The position numbers and the translations under genes are program-made. DNA of 63,999 nt, filler included, from Basidiobolus ranarum (taxonomy: Eukaryota): the NCBI GenBank assembly GCA_040143965.1. It is 14 parts of 14 records of this genome, joined end to end, with 100 filler letters (N's around TTAATTAATTAA, not from the genome) between each part and the next. Parts side by side here need not be neighbours in the genome. Positions count along the whole stretch, not along the records: positions 59,794 to 63,999 come from JASJQH010008945.1; 13 more parts are not named here. One strand, written 5' to 3'. Below, piece by piece: positions 61,910 through 63,999 of the stretch (position 1 is its first letter; each line of letters begins with the position of its first letter). Under the pieces are notes generated by a model. That model made no database searches, had not been told where the DNA came from, and saw nothing but the letters and a program-made list of their open reading frames with translations.

Positions 61910-63888
61910 TGTGATAAAATAAGGTGCATAGCAACTCATTATTTAGTTAGCAATTTATTTATATTCAGATTATTAAGCACTCAATTCTGCCATTCAAAAA
62001 CTTGTGTTTATTTCTCTAATTGATAGAAATAGCAATTAGATCACGTTTACCAATTTCCACTGTATTCTGACAACTTCTCTAAATAACTACACAGATTCAC
62101 CCATGCTTTACAGGCATGATTGTCATGATCTAAGCACATACAGTAGTCCATTTACAAAGTAAGTTATAAATTGAACATATTTAATTCAGTAAAACCTAAG
62201 TATCTGATTCACATTTTCATATCTTGTGAAAACACTTCCAAATCCCTTCAACACTTGTATTAGCTTATCAGCTCCAAACCAGCTGTTAAAGCCATGTCTA
62301 CTAGTACTATTATCAATGCTTTTGCATCTGCAGAGAAGTTTGATATTGAAGACTTTCACCTTTGGAAGTTCAAAATGTAAATGAGCTGGAATACAAGAAC
62401 CCTTTTGGATTTGTTACAGGAGAAGCAATAGAGCCAAAGGGAGAACCAGAAGCTATCCTTGCCTTTCACAAGAGCAGAGGAAAGCACTCCCTCCACTTTG
62501 TCACAATCTCAGGGACTCTAAATTGAGGTATATGAACTTGGCTAAAAACATCCAAAATGCTTGGGAAAGAATTGAGGGACTTTATGAGACTAAAGGTCTG
62601 GCTAACAGGCTTCATCCCAGATGAAAACTATTACCAACTCAAATAAAACGTGCTGATTCTCTGGCTAATTGTATAAATAGGGTACAAGCAATGGCAGATT
62701 GGCTCTCATTAATTGGAGCACCTCTAAATGAAGATGACTTAGTCTTGACACTACTTAGGAGCCAGCCAGATGAGTTTGGAACCTTGTAATTGGGATAGAA
62801 TCAAGATCAGACCCATTAGCAATGGAATATGTTGGTGCTAGGCTTTTGAATGAGGTATCAGGGAGATCTTATTCTCAGCAAAATAATACATAGCAGGCCT
62901 TTTTGGGAGCTGTAAAGTATCCAACAGGCTTTATTCATGGCCTCTCTGATAGAAAATCAATCATTGGCAAGTATTGCTAGGAACTAGGCCATTTGATCAC
63001 AGAATGCAGAAAAAGAATATTTGTCTGAAAGTTAAAATCAGAACAAGTAAATCAGGTAAGCACTTATACAGATCACTTACTCATGTCTGCCCTATAAGTG
63101 ACCACTAAGGAAAACTCAAAGATGCAGCATATTGATTCTGAAGCTTCCCAGCATATGTCAAGCAAGAAATATTGGTTTTCAAGCTTTAAACCCATCCAAA
63201 CAAGGAAAGTCTACTTGGAAGCTGACTATGCACTAGATGCAATTAGTAAGTGCACAGTTGTGCTCAATTTAGACCAAAATTCAGCAATACCACCCACAAA
63301 ATTTGGATGATGTACTCCATGTACCATATATAGCCAAGAATTTACTCTCAGTAAGCCAAGCAACAGGTCAAGGGCTAAATCTTGTGTTCATCAAGACTGT
63401 ATGCACTATTTCAGATCAGAATAATAACAAATTAACCACTGTAACTACCATGCAAAATAGCAACAAGCTAAAAATTAATACAATGCATTCTGGGCATGCA
63501 AACCTGGGCAAAACTAGTGAAATAGCAGTCAAACATAGCATATAAGACTAGGCATCATTGGGAAACCAAACTGAACAAAACAATCAAAAATAAGCTTGTT
63601 TCAGGATTAGAAATTAAAAATATCACCAAATAGGATATGTTGTAAGGTTGTACATAAGTAAAACATTACAGACAGTGGTTTTCAATCTTTATAGAAAATC
63701 GATCCACTCAGAATCTTGCCCTGATTCATTATAAATGGTGTGGGCCCATGAAAACCATCTCACTAGGTGGCAAAAGGTACTTTATTACTTTTATTGATGA
63801 TATAACAATGCATACCTAGACATTCTTTCCCAAATCCAAATTGGGAGCATTAACTACATTCAAGCTCTACAAAGCAATGGCAAAGAAA
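61910..63888 (+). mobile_element. Degenerate Copia family B 5' half: LTR about 61910-62262, PBS, gag from 62294, protease, start of integrase
   Basis: EKFDIEDFHLWKFKM, IDSEASQHM, DVLHVPYIAKNLLSV, CGPMKTISLGGKRYFITFIDD. Confidence 0.88.
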
Positions 63889-63999
63889 AGACTTGTTCCA
63901 TTTTATTGAGCCAGATCAGGCCAGCTAAAAAGTGTGCCAGCACAAATTGGCATGATTGGGCACTATCCGGCACGATGTTATTTACCATTTTGGAAACAG
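63889..63999 (+). mobile_element. Left end of Harbinger-like element inserted in Copia integrase
   Basis: Begins AGACTTGTTCCA; 63910-63999 matches 16261-16350. Confidence 0.78.

Overview
This window is not continuous DNA. It holds 14 unrelated contigs of about 4.5 kb, sorted by decreasing length and joined by an artificial 100-bp linker (N44-TTAATTAATTAA-N44), so nothing can be inferred across a linker. The source is an AT-rich eukaryote with spliceosomal introns. I infer an early-diverging fungus (Basidiobolus- or Mortierella-like) from the gene content and bacterial-type NRPS genes. Host genes: two PTR2-like peptide transporter pieces, an inverted pair of glutamate 5-kinase (PRO1) genes, two intronless bacterial-type NRPS fragments, a 13-exon cytochrome P450 with one nonsense codon, RIB1, a glycine-rich RRM protein, a GT31 glycosyltransferase, an RNAi RdRP followed by its own inverted partial copy, and an unannotated chagasin-like (I42) fragment. 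Much of the rest is CpG-depleted transposon debris: two Copia families, three Gypsy pieces, a CACTA-like element and a PIF/Harbinger family. The best leads are a multicopy LTR-like repeat carrying a tRNA-like module, the chagasin-like gene, the RdRP with its inverted copy, an NRPS thioesterase with His at the catalytic Asp position, and a Tf1-type self-priming PBS. Family assignments come from motif recognition by eye, not from database searches.
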